Assembly: GCA_051294375.1 (NCBI GenBank)
Contig: CM119267.1
Span: forward strand, 16,391,601 to 16,455,600
Length of the DNA: 64,000 bases
Origin: Paraspadella gotoi
Taxonomy: Eukaryota > Animalia > Chaetognatha
Reading direction: 5' to 3'
Position 1 is the first letter of the stretch. Every line of letters starts with the position of its first letter. Both the position numbers and the translations under genes were made by a program. Under the pieces are notes generated by a model that worked only from the letters and a program-made list of their open reading frames with translations, was not told the DNA's origin and made no database searches. Below are positions 12,141-25,705 of the stretch, piece after piece.

Positions 12141-15100
12141 GAGCATGGAGATGAGCGACCGCGAGAGAGAGAGAAAGACCTTTATCATATAGTGTATAAT
12201 GTTTACTGTCAGTTCTTAGTCAATTTCTCGGACAAAGTCGCTAGAAATTAATGGTGGCCATAAAATCCTGGGGCAAAATGTTTTTACGGAAGTCATTCCT
12301 TTCAACGTAACTTATAACTCATGATTGTTAAACTTCCAAATGCACTGAAATATTAAAAAGAAAATCTTAATTGTTAACATCTCAACCGCATATTTTAAAC
12401 TCTCTGTAAGATCTCCGCTCTTGGCTTGTGCACGAGTTGAAAATTACGATATGGCTTTCGCTGACTTTTAAGGTTGATTTACGACTAAAGCTAAACAGTA
12501 AAGGGTGAGGCGTGCCGGCAACTTTCTTCGCTCCCTAAGAAGCGAGCCAAGGAAATGGGTCCAGAAGATTTTTAACTTGCTTTCAAAGAGGCGAGCCAAG
12601 AAAGAGGAAACGTCAAATTCGCCAAAAATCGCCCCTAGGCTTCCACTTTGCGTCGGGCGTGCCTCCTTTTCGCCNNNNNNNNNNNNNNNNNNNNNNNNNN
12701 NNNNNNNNNNNNNNNNNNNNNNNNNNNNNNNNNNNNNNNNNNNNNNNNNNNNNNNNNNNNNNNNNNNNNNNNNNNNNNNNNNNNNNNNNNNNNNNNNNNN
12801 NNNNNNNNNNNNNNNNNNNNNNNNNNNNNNNNNNNNNNNNNNNNNNNNNNNNNNNNNNNNNNNNNNNNNNNNNNNNNNNNNNNNNNNNNNNNNNNNNNNN
12901 NNNNNNNNNNNNNNNNNNNNNNNNNNNNNNNNNNGCAGGGGTTGCTGGGGGTAGGTGAGGTGAAGAGAGGAAAAAAGCAATTGGAGTAAAAAGGGTGCGA
13001 TTCTCCTTATGACAATGGGCATTCTAGGCGAAAAGAAAAAAACAATAAAAGAAAATACTACATAAAAAAAAGGAAGAGGAAAGAAAGAAAAAGAGAATCA
13101 CTGTGCGAGACTGACTACTGTGACTCGCCACGCCCATCTAGTTTCGGGCGAAGCAGAAGTCGATACGGTTGGTCGACGACAAGAAGAAAGAAACGTTATG
13201 CAATGCATTCTCCCTTCGGCCGAAAGTCGAGAGTCGAAATACAACGAGAAATAAAATTCAGCTAAAAAAATGTTAAACAACTCGTCGTATTAAAAAAAAA
13301 ATAGGAAAAAGAAAGTTGAGTACGAAACCTAAAAAAGGTTTTTTTTTTCCTAAGAAGAATTTGAAATGAGATTCGATGGGCGAAGAAGTAGGAAGGAACG
13401 GAGGAAAGAAAGAAGGAAAGAAAGAAGGAATTAAAAGGAAAAGAAAGAAAAAAGAAACAGGAGCAGCTGAAGCAGCGATGAGATTTTAGCCGAGAAACAC
13501 TCAAAGTATCCGACCAAAAAGCCAGTGGCAGCGCGGAAGGAATGTTTTAAAATAAAAAAAAAGTAGCCTCTTTTTTTTTCTTTAAATTGAGCACCTTAGA
13601 CTGAGGCAGAGGCCAGTTCCCCGCTCAGTTTTATGAGGGTGGAGTGTGATGTGTGGAGGGAAGGGAAAGAGAAGGTAAGGATCAAAAGGGATCCAGTCAG
13701 AAAAAAAAGGTAAGTCTCTGGACTTGGAAGGTGAGTTAGACGTGCGAGTCTAAAGAGAGATAAGCGACGTTCTAGGTTCTCTTCCGCTCTTTTTTTTTTT
13801 TTTNNNNNNNNNNNNNNNNNNNNNNNNNNNNNNNNNNNNNNNNNNNNNNNNNNNNNNNNNNNNNNNNNNNNNNNNNNNNNNNNNNNNNNNNNNNNNNNNN
13901 NNNNNNNNNNNNNNNNNNNNNNNNNNNNNNNNNNNNNNNNNNNNNNNNNNNNNNNNNNNNTCTCTCTCTCTCTCTCTCTCTCTCTGTTATCGACTTCATC
14001 ACCTTTTCTGTCGTCATCATCGTTTCATTGCTCACTCCTAAATGTTTAAAACTGTTTAAAACATTAGAATCGTTTAATTTAGCTTAGCTCAAACGAATCA
14101 ACGTAATTTAAATATAATATATTTAGAAAACACCTCTTTTAACAAACGCAAACAAAGCAAAGCTCCGACTTTTTAAAAGGCGTCTCGCCACCGGAAGTAG
14201 ACCGAGACGAAATGGCGTCAACGACGTCGTGGGAGAAAGAGAAAAACGAACTGAGAGCGAGAGAGATTAAAAAAAAAGACGAGAAAAGAAGAAAAGAAAA
14301 AAAAGAAAGAAAGAAAAGGCGGTCTCTAACCGCGAAGCAGCTCCTGCTAACGAACCCCAACATCTAGCTCGACCACAAAGTCCAGGAAGCCACATTAATT
14401 TCTCCATTCNNNNNNNNNNNNNNNNNNNNNNNNNNNNNNNNNNNNNNNNNNNNNNNNNNNNNNNNNNNNNNNNNNNNNNNNNNNNNNNNNNNNNNNNNNN
14501 NNNNNNNNNNNNNNNNNNNNNNNNNNNNNNNNNNNNNNNNNNNNNNNNNNNNNNNNNNNNNNNNNNNNNNNNNNNNNNNNNNNNNNNNNNNNNNNNNNNN
14601 NNNNNNNNNNNNNNNNNNNNNNNNNNNNNNNNNNNNNNNNNNNNNNNNNNNNNNNNNNNNNNNNNNNNNNNNNNNNNNNNNNNNNNNNNNNNNNNNNNNN
14701 NNNNNNNNNNNNNNNNNNNNNNNNNNNNNNNNNNNNNNNNNNNNNNNNNNNNNNNNNNNNNNNNNNNNNNNNNNNNNNNNNNNNNNNNNNNNNNNNNNNN
14801 NNNNNNNNNNNNNNNNNNNNNNNNNNNNNNNNNNNNNNNNNNNNNNNNNNNNNNNNNNNNNNNNNNNNNNNNNNNNNNNNNNNNNNNNNNNNNNNNNNNN
14901 NNNNNNNNNNNNNNNNNNNNNNNNNNNNNNNNNNNAAGAAGCAGACGAGAAAGCAACGAGAAACGATTACAGCAGAATTCAGAGGAGACGAGGAATAATG
15001 CATCCGTGAAAAGAAAATGGGGTAAGTTAAGAAGAGTGGGGCGCGGGAAGGGCACAATTCGAGGAAGGAAGGAAAAGATGAGACCCGAAAAAAAAAAAAN

Positions 15101-15776
15101 NNNNNNNNNNNNNNNNNNNNNNNNNNNNNNNNNNNNNNNNNNNNNNNNNNNNNNNNNNNNNNNNNNNNNNNNNNNNNNNNNNNNNNNNNNNNNNNNNNNN
15201 NNNNNNNNNNNNNNNNNNNNNNNNNNNNNNNNNNNNNNNNNNNNNNNNNNNNNNNNNNNNNNNNNNNNNNNNNNNNNNNNNNNNNNNNNNNNNNNNNNNN
15301 NNNNNNNNNNNNNNNNNNNNNNNNNNNNNNNNNNNNNNNNNNNNNNNNNNNNNNNNNNNNNNNNNNNNNNNNNNNNNNNNNNNNNNNNNNNNNNNNNNNN
15401 NNNNNNNNNNNNNNNNNNNGAAAAAAAAGGAAAGGAAAAAAAAGGAAAGGAAAAAAAAGCGGGAAATTCGCGTCGCAGGAAAATACTTCTGGCGCTGACG
15501 TAGAGGGCGCATTTTTCACGCGTCCAACGACGTCGTTCTCGTCGTCGTCGTCCTCGTCGCCGCCACCGGTGCCACCCGAAGATGTCGCGCACCGTCGGAG
15601 CCGGGCGACGAGCGGGCGCGATCCAGTTTTATCGAACGAGCCTTTTCTTTCTCTTTTCGTCTCCCCAAGACTTAATCGAGAAAAAAGTTCCCGGTTTATT
15701 TTCGGGGTCCGGTCGAGACGCGGCCTCGAACTCGAGACCTCCCGGGCCACGCCTCTACCATTTAACCGACGAGTCA

Positions 15777-15807
<31 letters not shown>

Positions 15808-16149
15808 GTCGTGGGGATCTTGCCACCACGACGACGCGACACACATCTCATGAATTCTTTTAGGAATTTCTCGGTCTCTCTCTCTCTCTCTCTCTCTCGC
15901 GCTCTTTAGTCCTAACCTCTCCCTCTCTCCTATTTCCTGACTGGACCACCGGTAGGTCTAAGGTTCGCGGCGCGGACAGATGTGTCGATGAAAATCGACA
16001 GGAAAGAGAGACAGAGAATTGAAAAAAAATTTTTTCTCTTTCTCTTTGTAAGATTTTTCTCTTCTTTTGAAGGGAAAAAGCGACCGACCGACCGACTTAA
16101 AACTACCGACCGACTTAAGGGGACCAAGTGAACAGGGGGGGTAAAAAGC

Positions 16150-17433
16150 TGGTGTGAGAAGAGAAAAACGAAACTGAGAGCGATGAGGATTAAAAAAAAA
16201 AAGCGACGAGAAAAAGAAGAAAAGAAAAAAAAAGAAAGAAAAGAAAGGCCGGTCTTAACGCAAGCAGCTCTGCTAACGAACACCCAACATCTTAGCTCGA
16301 CACAAAGTCCAGGAAAGGAAGCCACTTTTTAATTTCTCCATTCGCTCTTCCTCTCCTCTCTTCTCCTCCCTCTCTCTCTCTCTCTTCTCTCTCCTCTCTC
16401 TGCCTCTCTCTCTTTCGCTCTCTCTCTCTCGCTCTCTCTCGCTCTTGTTGCGAATCTCCAAGTTTACGATCCACGTGATCGCGGCAGCCGTCGCGCTGAT
16501 CGGTTTTCGGTGTTATCGGTCGGACATTCAGACTCTACCTCCTTTGTTCGCCCGTGTTAAAGGCCGAAGCAGGAGAGAGGAGGGAAGAAAAAGTCCACGG
16601 GATAAAACGACGAGGGGGAAAGGATTTTGCCGAAGGAAGGAGGGGGCTAGTTAGGGCGGATGTGCGCAAGGCTTGGGAAAGTGGGTATTGACATTTAGAG
16701 TTGCCGAGGGTAAAGTGGGCTGTGGCTACGGAAGATGGTATTCCGGGAAAGGAATTGGGTGGCCAACAAGTCCTCTGCGGAGATGGGTAGACAGAGAAAA
16801 ATGTGAATGATAAGGTGAACGGCAGAAAAAACAGAGGAAAAAGAAAAGGAAAAAAAAAAAAAATGAAAAAAGAAGAATAACAAGGAAATAGCTGAGAAAA
16901 AAAAAAAGTCCAAAAGTGGGAGGCGGAAAGAGGAAAGAAATTAAAAAGCAAAAGAAGCAGACCGAGAAAGCAACGAAACCATCTACAGCCCTAAATTCAG
17001 AGATGAGACGAGGATAATGCATCCGCCACCCGTGAATAAGCAAAATGAAGCGGTAAGTTAAGAAGAGTGAGTGGCGCGGAAAGGCCAACAATTCCCGAGA
17101 AAGAAGGAAAGATGAGTCCACCCGAAACAAAAAAAACAAAAAAAAAATTATTTCTCAGAGCAGAAATTTCCAATTTTCATTTCAAACCTTTTTTTCTGTC
17201 CATTCCTCACTTCTCGGCCTCCCCCAACGGCCACCGCTCAGGCCTCCTCCCCACAGAAAACCTTCCCCTCCATCTCTTTGCACCGCCCATACCAACCGTC
17301 GCCAACCATTCAAAGACAAGAAGAAAAGCACGAAACAACATTTTATTTCGAAAAGACAAGAAAAAAGAAAAAAAAAAAAAGGAGCACAAAATAGCACGGT
17401 GGGACGGAAAAAAAAAAAAAAAAAAAAAAACAA

Positions 17434-17524
<91 letters not shown>

Positions 17525-18719
17525 ACAAAAAAAAAAAAAAAAAAAAAAAAAACAAAAAAAAAAAAAAAAAAAAATAAAAAAAAATGACCTAAAAAAAACA
17601 TGTGGAAGCAAGAAAGAAGAAGCGAAAGGAGAAAAATCCGGGAACCCGGAAACCGAAAGTTGGAAAAAAAAAAAAGGAAAAGTTACGAAAAAAAGGGAAT
17701 GCCCAAGAAAGGACAGACAACATACTGAAGGCAAAAAGGAAAAAAAAAAAAGCGGGGGAAAAATTTCGCCGTGCACCGAGGAAATTCGCGGGGTGGCCAA
17801 GAGAAGCGATACTAAATTTCCTCGGGCTGAGCACAACGTCGGTTAAACGAAGGGCCTCGCCAATTTGTATCACCGAATGGGACGGCTAGTCCACAATGCT
17901 TACGAGGCTCTTTTCTGTCTGTTCTCACTCTGCGCGTCAGATCTGTTCTGTGGCGAATCGACTCGGTCCGGTTCGGCTCACGCCCACCAACAATGGTGCT
18001 GTGATTACTTACTGCCATCAAACACCCGAAAGAAGAACTGTCTGCGCAACTACGTCGGAACATAGCCGGTGCCGATAAACGAAAAGAGCGTGCGGCCTTG
18101 AACTCCCCAGTTTTCCGAAACGAGCCTTACTATTCTTTTCGTCAGTTTCGGCGTCCCAAGACTCGATTGTAATTCAGCGAGGAAAAAAAAAGGCGGGGCT
18201 CTTCTTCCCCCGACGGACGCGGCCGCCTCCGCCTCCATGTTATCGTGTCCCCTGGTCTTAAAGGCGACGACGCCATGGACAAAGTCGACCGGTGAGCTCC
18301 GCAGCCCGGGCGGGCTTATGGAAGTTCCTTGGGAGCGGCGCGTCCGTTCGAGACGCGGCCCCGTAAACGAGACTACAAAGGCCAGACCTCCGTCGGTGCA
18401 CTGGCCCTCGTACATCTATCCGACGTCAACCGTCGTCGTTGCCGTCCCGTGCGGTATCGATTCTGGCGTCGTGGCCGGTCGTCGTAGGGCGATCTGTGCC
18501 CCACGGCCACGATCGACGCGACACACATATCTGCTTGGCAAAGCGAAGTCAGAGAGAATCCGTCGTTTTAAGGAATTCTCGGGTCCTTCTTCGGAGCATT
18601 CTACCTCGGTACTTTCGTCTCTCTCTCTTCTTCCTCTCCTCTTCTCTCTTCTCTCTCTCTCTCTTCATCTCTGTCTCTTCTGCGACTCTCTCCTCTCTCA
18701 TCTCCTCTGCCTCTCGTCT

Positions 18720-18751
<32 letters not shown>

Positions 18752-19040
18752 GCGTGTCTTCCGGCTGTTTCCGTAGCACGTCCGTAAACCTCTTCCTCAT
18801 CTCCTAGTACGCTCAACGTGAGACTGGCCGGTAGGCGGGGGTCTAAAGTTCGGACAGAGTGTCGATGGAAAATCGACAGGAAAGAGAGCGACAGAGAGTG
18901 TGAAAAAAAGAAATCTTTCCTTTCATCTTTGTGAACAAGGAGATATTTCTTCTTATTTCTTTTGGAATGCGGAAAAAGCGGATCCGATCCGACCCGACTG
19001 TTTAAAATACCCGCCGTCGGAAGTTCCGATTCCGACCTAA
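16150..19040 (+). repeat. noisy direct re-copy of ~14230-16120
   Basis: Shared collinear anchors, e.g. gcagctc(c)tgctaacgaac...acaaagtccaggaa (14337/16264), gagacgaggaataatgcatccg (14985/17005) and gtgtcgatg(g)aaaatcgacaggaaagagag (15982/18859). The differences are mostly insertions. Confidence 0.85.
17408..17584 (+). repeat. ~175-bp poly(A) tract
   Basis: Directly visible. It lies inside a noisy duplicated segment, so its length may be artefactual. Confidence 0.9.
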
Positions 19041-21849
19041 AAAATAGTCTTCATGCGTACGCAAACAAAAAAAGAACTTTTCTTTGGTTAAAACTCACGT
19101 CTACTGAAATAAAAAAATTGAGATGGTACAATTCATTTAGCGTTGGATTGAGAGGGCGTGTTGGTGCGCGATCATTGCCGCCCGTCGTGGCTCGGGAGAG
19201 GCTCCGTCGGTCGGCGTCCTGAGCGCGGTCGAGGCCTCATCCAGACTGGACATCAGGAACTAGTCCCTTTGGCCTCCAAGCTGTCCGCGGCTGCCCAATG
19301 CTGGCTCCAACCTGTATCCCTCTGTTCGTCCACCAGGCGGCCCGCCCACCACGCCTCATGCGGCCGGCCGATACCGTGCCTGCCGCGCCCGATGCTTAAA
19401 ATTGTCCCAGTAAAAATTCGGCCCCGTTCCCGTGAACGAGCGAAGGAAATCGACCCCGGAATAGAATTAAAGTATTACAATATGTTAAGTTGGTTTATTG
19501 ATTTCAAATAATTAACATTAAACGTTTGTGTGCACTTTTTTTACAGATTTATCGATTTACATAAGCAAGTCTAGCGCAATTAAATTTTATATTAACAAGG
19601 ATTTTAGTTGTGCCTTTCGAATGGTCGGACAGTAACGTCGCTTCTGAGTGGAGTAAAGACAGATTTGAATTAAAGTTAAAGATTAAAACGAAATTAAAGT
19701 GACTTAAAGAATAAAGATAAAGAAAGAGTCAAACCGATTAAAGAAATAAAGACACCCTTCCGCCTCGTTCATCAATCCTTAGCCTCGCCTCTTTTATTCT
19801 CCTTTTCGATCCAAAGAAGGAAGTTGGCACGTCGAGACTGGTGCGCCTTAAAAAACAGTTCTCTGACATAAACAGCCATACGATGGACTGGAAAACCGTG
19901 AATGCGGGAATTGAACAGTCAGCAATGACGAACACAGGAGCGGGAGAAGAGAAATCTGGCGAGGAGGGTAAAAAAGGATTTATCTCCAGCGGACAAAAGA
20001 CGCATTAAATTTTAACGATGTTGCAAGCTGAACATAAAGTTTGGGGCTCAAGAGCTGCCTTATTATACCGATGCCGGGGTGTAAAAATAGAACAAAAACA
20101 GTTTTTTAAGCCGATTGAAAGGACTTTGTAAAAAGTTTTTATGTCTGTGTCGCAAAACTCCAAACGTTCTACCGACGCTGCGAGCTGAAAATTTTTTATT
20201 CCAGGTCATGCGGCTCATAATAAGGTAAAGTTGCGNNNNNNNNNNNNNNNNNNNNNNNNNTAGAGTTTGGCAGCGTTTCTTCCGTCGCGCCTTCTCACAC
20301 AACCGATGCCGCGCGCAATCCAATTCTCTACATAACTATTAACCACTGTAACTGAAACGACTATATATAGCTCCCGTCTCCCTCTCTCTAGATTATTCCT
20401 CCTTTTCGACAACAACCGTCATCTCTCCTCCGGGACCAATAAAACGAGACAAGCGCTAATACTCGTGGCAATATTCCTTCTTCGTTATCGCCCTTTCTCT
20501 CTTTTATGATCTTTTCCCCTTCTTTCTCTCATTCCTTTTATTTTCCTTTTCCTGCCTTATCTGTCTCCCGTTGTCGTTTTGTTTCTACCGAATTCTTCCG
20601 CTAGATGTCGCACGGGAAGGAGAAAAGGAGGAAAGGGGTTAAGAGGAAAGATGGAATGGGAGTTGCTCGGTACCGTCGATCCGCCATCTTTGAACCGCCA
20701 TCTTGAAAAGTCCCACCAGGTTAATGAGGCGAATTTATGAGAGGGAACGCGTAAATTTTCCATGGGGTCNNNNNNNNNNNNNNNNNNNNNNNNNNNNNNN
20801 NNNNNNNNNNNNNNNNNNNNNNNNNNNNNNNNNNNNNNNNNNNNNNNNNNNNNNNNNNNNNNNNNNNNNNNNNNNNNNNNNNNNNNNNNNNNNNNNNNNN
20901 NNNNNNNNNNNNNNNNNNNNNNNNNNNNNNNNNNNNNNCGCCCGGAAGCTTTTCAGGTTTTACTATTTCTAGGAAAATTGTCCCTGGGATTTCGGAGGCC
21001 GTGAATTTCCCCAACTTGTTGGAATTTTTGGGAAGGGAGGAAAAGTGAGGCGTCGGATGTAAGAGTAAAGTTAAGGATAAGGATCTTTCGGTATCAGAAG
21101 AGGATGGGAGGACCCAATAATAAAAATGTTGACAAATTGTTTTAGAAAGTTACATTTTAAGTGGTAAAACGAAAAAAAAAAATTCTGAGTAGCGCTGGAG
21201 AAGAAGAGAGACGTAATGTCTGAGAGCTTGAGAGCGTGAGAGACTGAGAGCTTGAGAGCTAGAGAATGCGATGAATTAAAAAAAAAAGGCGCCGGAGTAA
21301 AAAAGGTGAAAAAGTTTTAAAAAAGAGAAAGAGAGAAAGTGTGGAATCGATTTCTCTTTGTTTTCCCTGTTTTTCACGAACCGTTGGTTTCGAAAATGGA
21401 AAAAAAGACTCACTCTCTCTCTCTCTCTCTCTCTCTNNNNNNNNNNNNNNNNNNNNNNNNNNNNNNNNNNNNNNNNNNNNNNNNNNNNNNNNNNNNNNNN
21501 NNNNNNNNNNNNNNNNNNNNNNNNNNNNNNNNNNNNNNNNNNNNNNNNNNNNNNNNNNNNNNNNNNNNNNNNNNNNNNNNNNNNNNNNNNNNNNNNNNNN
21601 NNNNNNNNNNNNNNNNNNNNNNNNTCTCTCTCTTTCTTCTCTCCCAGAAAATGAGTCTTTTCGCCGTCGAAGAGAATAAAATGAAAACGGCCGAAGAAAA
21701 CGAGTAAGAAGAAAATGAAAAGGAAAAAGAAAAGGAAAAAAAAGGGAAAAAAAGGGGAAAAAGGAGATCAGAGTTTCTCGCGTCGTCACATCTTCGCGAC
21801 TTGACGATCTCGTTCACGATCTCGGCGACGCAATTCGACTCGAGAAAAT

Positions 21850-21945
21850 TTTCACAATTCGATCGTTTTTGTGTCTCGGCCCCACAGGTCGACTTTCACA
21901 ACTCGATCGTTTTTGTGGTTCGACCCCTCAGGTCGACTTTCACGC
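21850..21945 (+). repeat. ~44-bp tandem duplication (tttcacaa.tcgatcgtttttgtg...cc..caggtcgac) x2 plus partial
   Basis: Two adjacent near-identical units. Confidence 0.85.
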
Positions 21946-22226
21946 AATCACTTGTGGCGGGTGCAACCTGGAATCGATCAATCAAAACGCTAATTCCTGA
22001 TTTTGTCATTGTTTACATTTTTTACCCTTTTCCCTTTATCTTCCCCAGTTTCTCTCATTTCTTTCAATATGATTCGTGGAGATAATATCATCTGGTAATC
22101 TAAAGGAGCCCGTGTTTTTCCTGCGATTGCTGGCTTTACTTTTCCTGCCTCCTGTTTAACCTTATTGACTGGTTCTCTCTCCAAAAAAACAAAAGCTGTT
22201 TCTCAATCACATAAAAATTAAACAAG

Positions 22227-22386
22227 AACCATTTCTCCAGCACCTCAACATTACGCGAACCCAATTCTCTAGCACATCACCATTAGTACGACCCATTTCA
22301 CCAGCACATCACCATTACACGGACCCATTTCACCAGCACATCACCATTACACGGACCCATTTCACCAGCACATCACCATTACACGG
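22227..22386 (+). repeat. 32-bp minisatellite (ACCCATTTCACCAGCACATCACCATTACACGG) x5
   Basis: Three identical 3' copies preceded by two diverged copies, with no spacers. Confidence 0.95.
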
Positions 22387-22869
22387 CTCTATCCGTCACG
22401 TGATCCTATTTCTCGGTCGCTGGTTCTTCATCCGGTGAATCGAGAGAGAATCCAATCTTGTCTCAGGGAAGAGAGAAAACCTTTACTGCGGGCGAAAGAA
22501 ACGAATCGGAGAGGGGGNNNNNNNNNNNNNNNNNNNNNNNNNNNNNNNNNNNNNNNNNNNNNNNNNNNNNNNNNNNNNNNNNNNNNNNNNNNNNNNNNNN
22601 NNNNNNNNNNNNNNNNNNNNNNNNNNNNNNNNNNNNNNNNNNNNNNNNNNNNNNNNCGCCCGCCTCCGGCTCCGCTCTTCTCCCGTTCACGGTTTTTTCT
22701 CTCGATTGCCAGTTTCTTTTCTTCGATGCCACTTTGCCGTTTTTCCCGCCGGTTTTTGCCATTATATACCTTTGTTTCCATATTTCGGAGTAGAAAGAGA
22801 AAAAAAAAAATGTTATGGTTACGGTTATTTCTATTTTTTTCTTTTATGGCGAATATTTTCTTATAAATT

Positions 22870-23170
22870 AATCTCGTCGCGCCAACGACGCAGCTTTCGC
22901 CGCAGCGGGCGCCGCCGCTTCAATCGCCGCTGACGCCGCAGCGCGCCAATTCGCCATAACCGAGGCAATAGCCATTCGACGCTGTTGACGCCGATGGCGC
23001 CTAAATAGATGAAAACGTCGACGACTTCCGGTTTCGTGAAAAGTGGCGTAACGACGTCATTGCGCCATCGCGAGAGACGCCGAAGCGTGGGCGGAACGGG
23101 GAGTTTAAAAGGAGGTCAGGCCGTAGCTGTAAGGCGACGCCAGGTGGCATTCTGTGTCGGCTTATTTTAG
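22870..23170 (+). promoter_or_regulatory. CpG-rich promoter-like island
   Basis: CpG-dense stretch with an ETS-like ACTTCCGGT (~23023), a CRE-like GACGTCA (~23054), a GC-box-like GGGCGG (~23089) and TTTAAAA (~23104). This is motif-only evidence, and no downstream gene was recognised. Confidence 0.25.
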
Positions 23171-25674
23171 ACGATGACGAACGGAGACAGTGGCTATGTC
23201 GTTGTTATAGACAAGACTGATCAACAAACAGTACGGTCACTCCAATTAATGAGCGTAAACTTCAAATTCAAAGAAACAATTTTCGCCTAGAACTCGGGAC
23301 TTGCCGGCCGCGACGCAATCACGGTGCCATCGTTAAGTCGGAGAAGGAAGCCTCGTTTTCGTTCGCCTCGTCGTTGGCGCGTCGAAGTTCGAAAAGGATT
23401 TTGATCTCAGATGGCGCGGGAGGAGTTAAGATTGGCAAACGTTGCCAGACAGAGACAGAGAGANNNNNNNNNNNNNNNNNNNNNNNNNNNNNNNNNNNNN
23501 NNNNNNNNNNNNNNNNNNNNNNNNNNNNNNNNNNNNNNNNNNNNNNNNNNNNNNNNNNNNNNNNNNNNNNNNNNNNNNNNNNNNNNNNNNNNNNNNNNNN
23601 NNNNNNNNNNNNNNNNNNNNNNNNNNNNNNNNNNNNNNAGAGAGAGAGAGAGAGTAAAAGATGAAGAAGCATGCCAAGTGCCGAAAACTGTTGGAGAGGA
23701 AAATCGGAGGAAGAGGAAGAGTGGAGGAAAAAAAAAGGAAAAAGATGAACTCCACGAAGAAAGGAGGAAAAAAAAAGGAAAAGGGATCCTCCTCCAGGGA
23801 AGATCTCATAAATAGCAATGATGACTATTGCTGTCTCGACGCTTCCAATGGAACCGCTAGACTGTGCAGGGAAAAANNNNNNNNNNNNNNNNNNNNNNNN
23901 NNNNNNNNNNNNNNNNNNNNNNNNNNNNNNNNNNNNNNNNNNNNNNNNNNNNNNNNNNNNNNNNNNNNNNNNNNNNNNNNNNNNNNNNNNNNNNNNNNNN
24001 NNNNNNNNNNNNNNNNNNNNNNNNNNNNNNNNNNNNNNNNNNNNNNNNNNNNNNNNNNNNNNNNNNNNNNNNNNNNNNNNNNNNNNNNNNNNNNNNNNNN
24101 NNNNNNNNNNNNGGGTTTAAAAAAGTGAGCAAGTTCTTTTCGGTGATGTCAAGGGGAAAGGAGAGTAAGTTTAGAAGAAAGTCTTAACGACTTTTCTCAT
24201 TATAAAAAAAGGGATCGAAATTATTTTTCCGACTTTTTTAAGGTTTTTTTTAATTTTTCTTTCGCTCCGCCTCATTACGTTGAGAATCACTTTTAACATT
24301 CGTAATCTCCCAGTAACGTTTACGATCGTTAAAAACTGACGGGCGCAATTTCCGATAATTTAGTCGAGAGATGCCATTTTAGTTTAAATTAGAATGATTT
24401 TGACTTTAATTTTGATTTTAACAGCAAACTGACAATACAATTTATAACAGCCAACTCTCACTTTTATACAATAAGTCAATATTTAAAAAGTCTTTTTCTT
24501 AACTATTTATAAAATCGATCGACAAGATTCTTTCTTAAACGCAAGTGGATTTCAACGTTAAAATTAAAGGCGGCCATCTTGGATGAAGAATTCGCTTCCG
24601 AAAGAAGTTCCTCCTTGCATGAATAAATGATCTCTCTCTCTCTCTCTCTCTCTTCTTTACACTCTCTTTCTCTTTTTCTCTGACTTTAGCACTCGATTTC
24701 TCTCGATCTCTCATTTTCTGTCGATAGGTGTCTAAGTTCCTTTAACTTTCCTTCGTTTTATTTGTAAAAAGGAAAACTCAAATAGAAAAGAAACAGTCGA
24801 ATAACTTTCTTAAATGTTCAGTAAAAAGGAAAATGTAATTCATGTAGGTTACTATGTAAAGTCAGGACTCAAAAGGCGCTTTGGTTGAAAACATTTTCGA
24901 AAGACCCTTGCAACTTTCAGGGAGGTCTGACAGGGCTCTTGTGGAGATTGGAACGATCAAAACAGAGGGAGGGGCCTTTAAGGGGCCCGTGAGGGGGCCT
25001 GGGAGACGCCTCGAAGGAAGGCGTCGGAGCGTCGGGAGGTTCTAGGGCGTCGTCTCTCTTCGCCACAGGGGGAGACGTGTCGAGTTGTCAAACGAAAAGA
25101 TTGTTTCACCCGCGACGAAGATGAAAAGTCGCTGCGCCGCCGCCGCCGCCGCTGACGCCGCCGCCCCCGCCCTCTCGACGCTGCTTTCGTCAGAAATACG
25201 ACAAGAACAGCAGCGAAACAGTCACGACGACGACGACGACGACGACGACGAACACGACGTCAAACGCTCGCGCGCTGGAAAACCGGAAGCGAGGAGACGC
25301 GAAATACCAGTTTAGCCGATTGCGATGCCATAAACAACAACAATAACGACAACAACGACGACGACGACGACAACGCAAACGACATCGTCAGAGTCTCGAA
25401 GCCAATAACCGAAGTCTATTACTGGAAAAACTCAATATTGTTAATTAGATAAAAAACATCACCGCCAGATGTTGAGAGAAATAGTGGGAGGGAGAATGGA
25501 GGGAGAGACTCAAAAGAGAGAGANNNNNNNNNNNNNNNNNNNNNNNNNNNNNNNNNNNNNNNNNNNNNNNNNNNNNNNNNNNNNNNNNNNNNNNNNNNNN
25601 NNNNNNNNNNNNNNNNNNNNNNNNNNNNNNNNNNNNNNNNNNNNNNNNNNNNNNNNNNNNNNNNNNNNNNNNNN

Positions 25675-25705
<31 letters not shown>

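Noticed and set aside
14267-15846. Long ORFs of 441 and 483 aa, and other X-containing ORFs
   Set aside because: They are open only because they run through N gaps.
17067-17846. 259-aa Lys-rich ORF and antisense poly-Phe ORFs
   Set aside because: They are translations of a poly(A) tract within a noisy duplicated segment.
22227-22386. 32-bp repeats of CRISPR-like length
   Set aside because: The units are head-to-tail with no spacers, there are no cas genes, and the context is eukaryotic.
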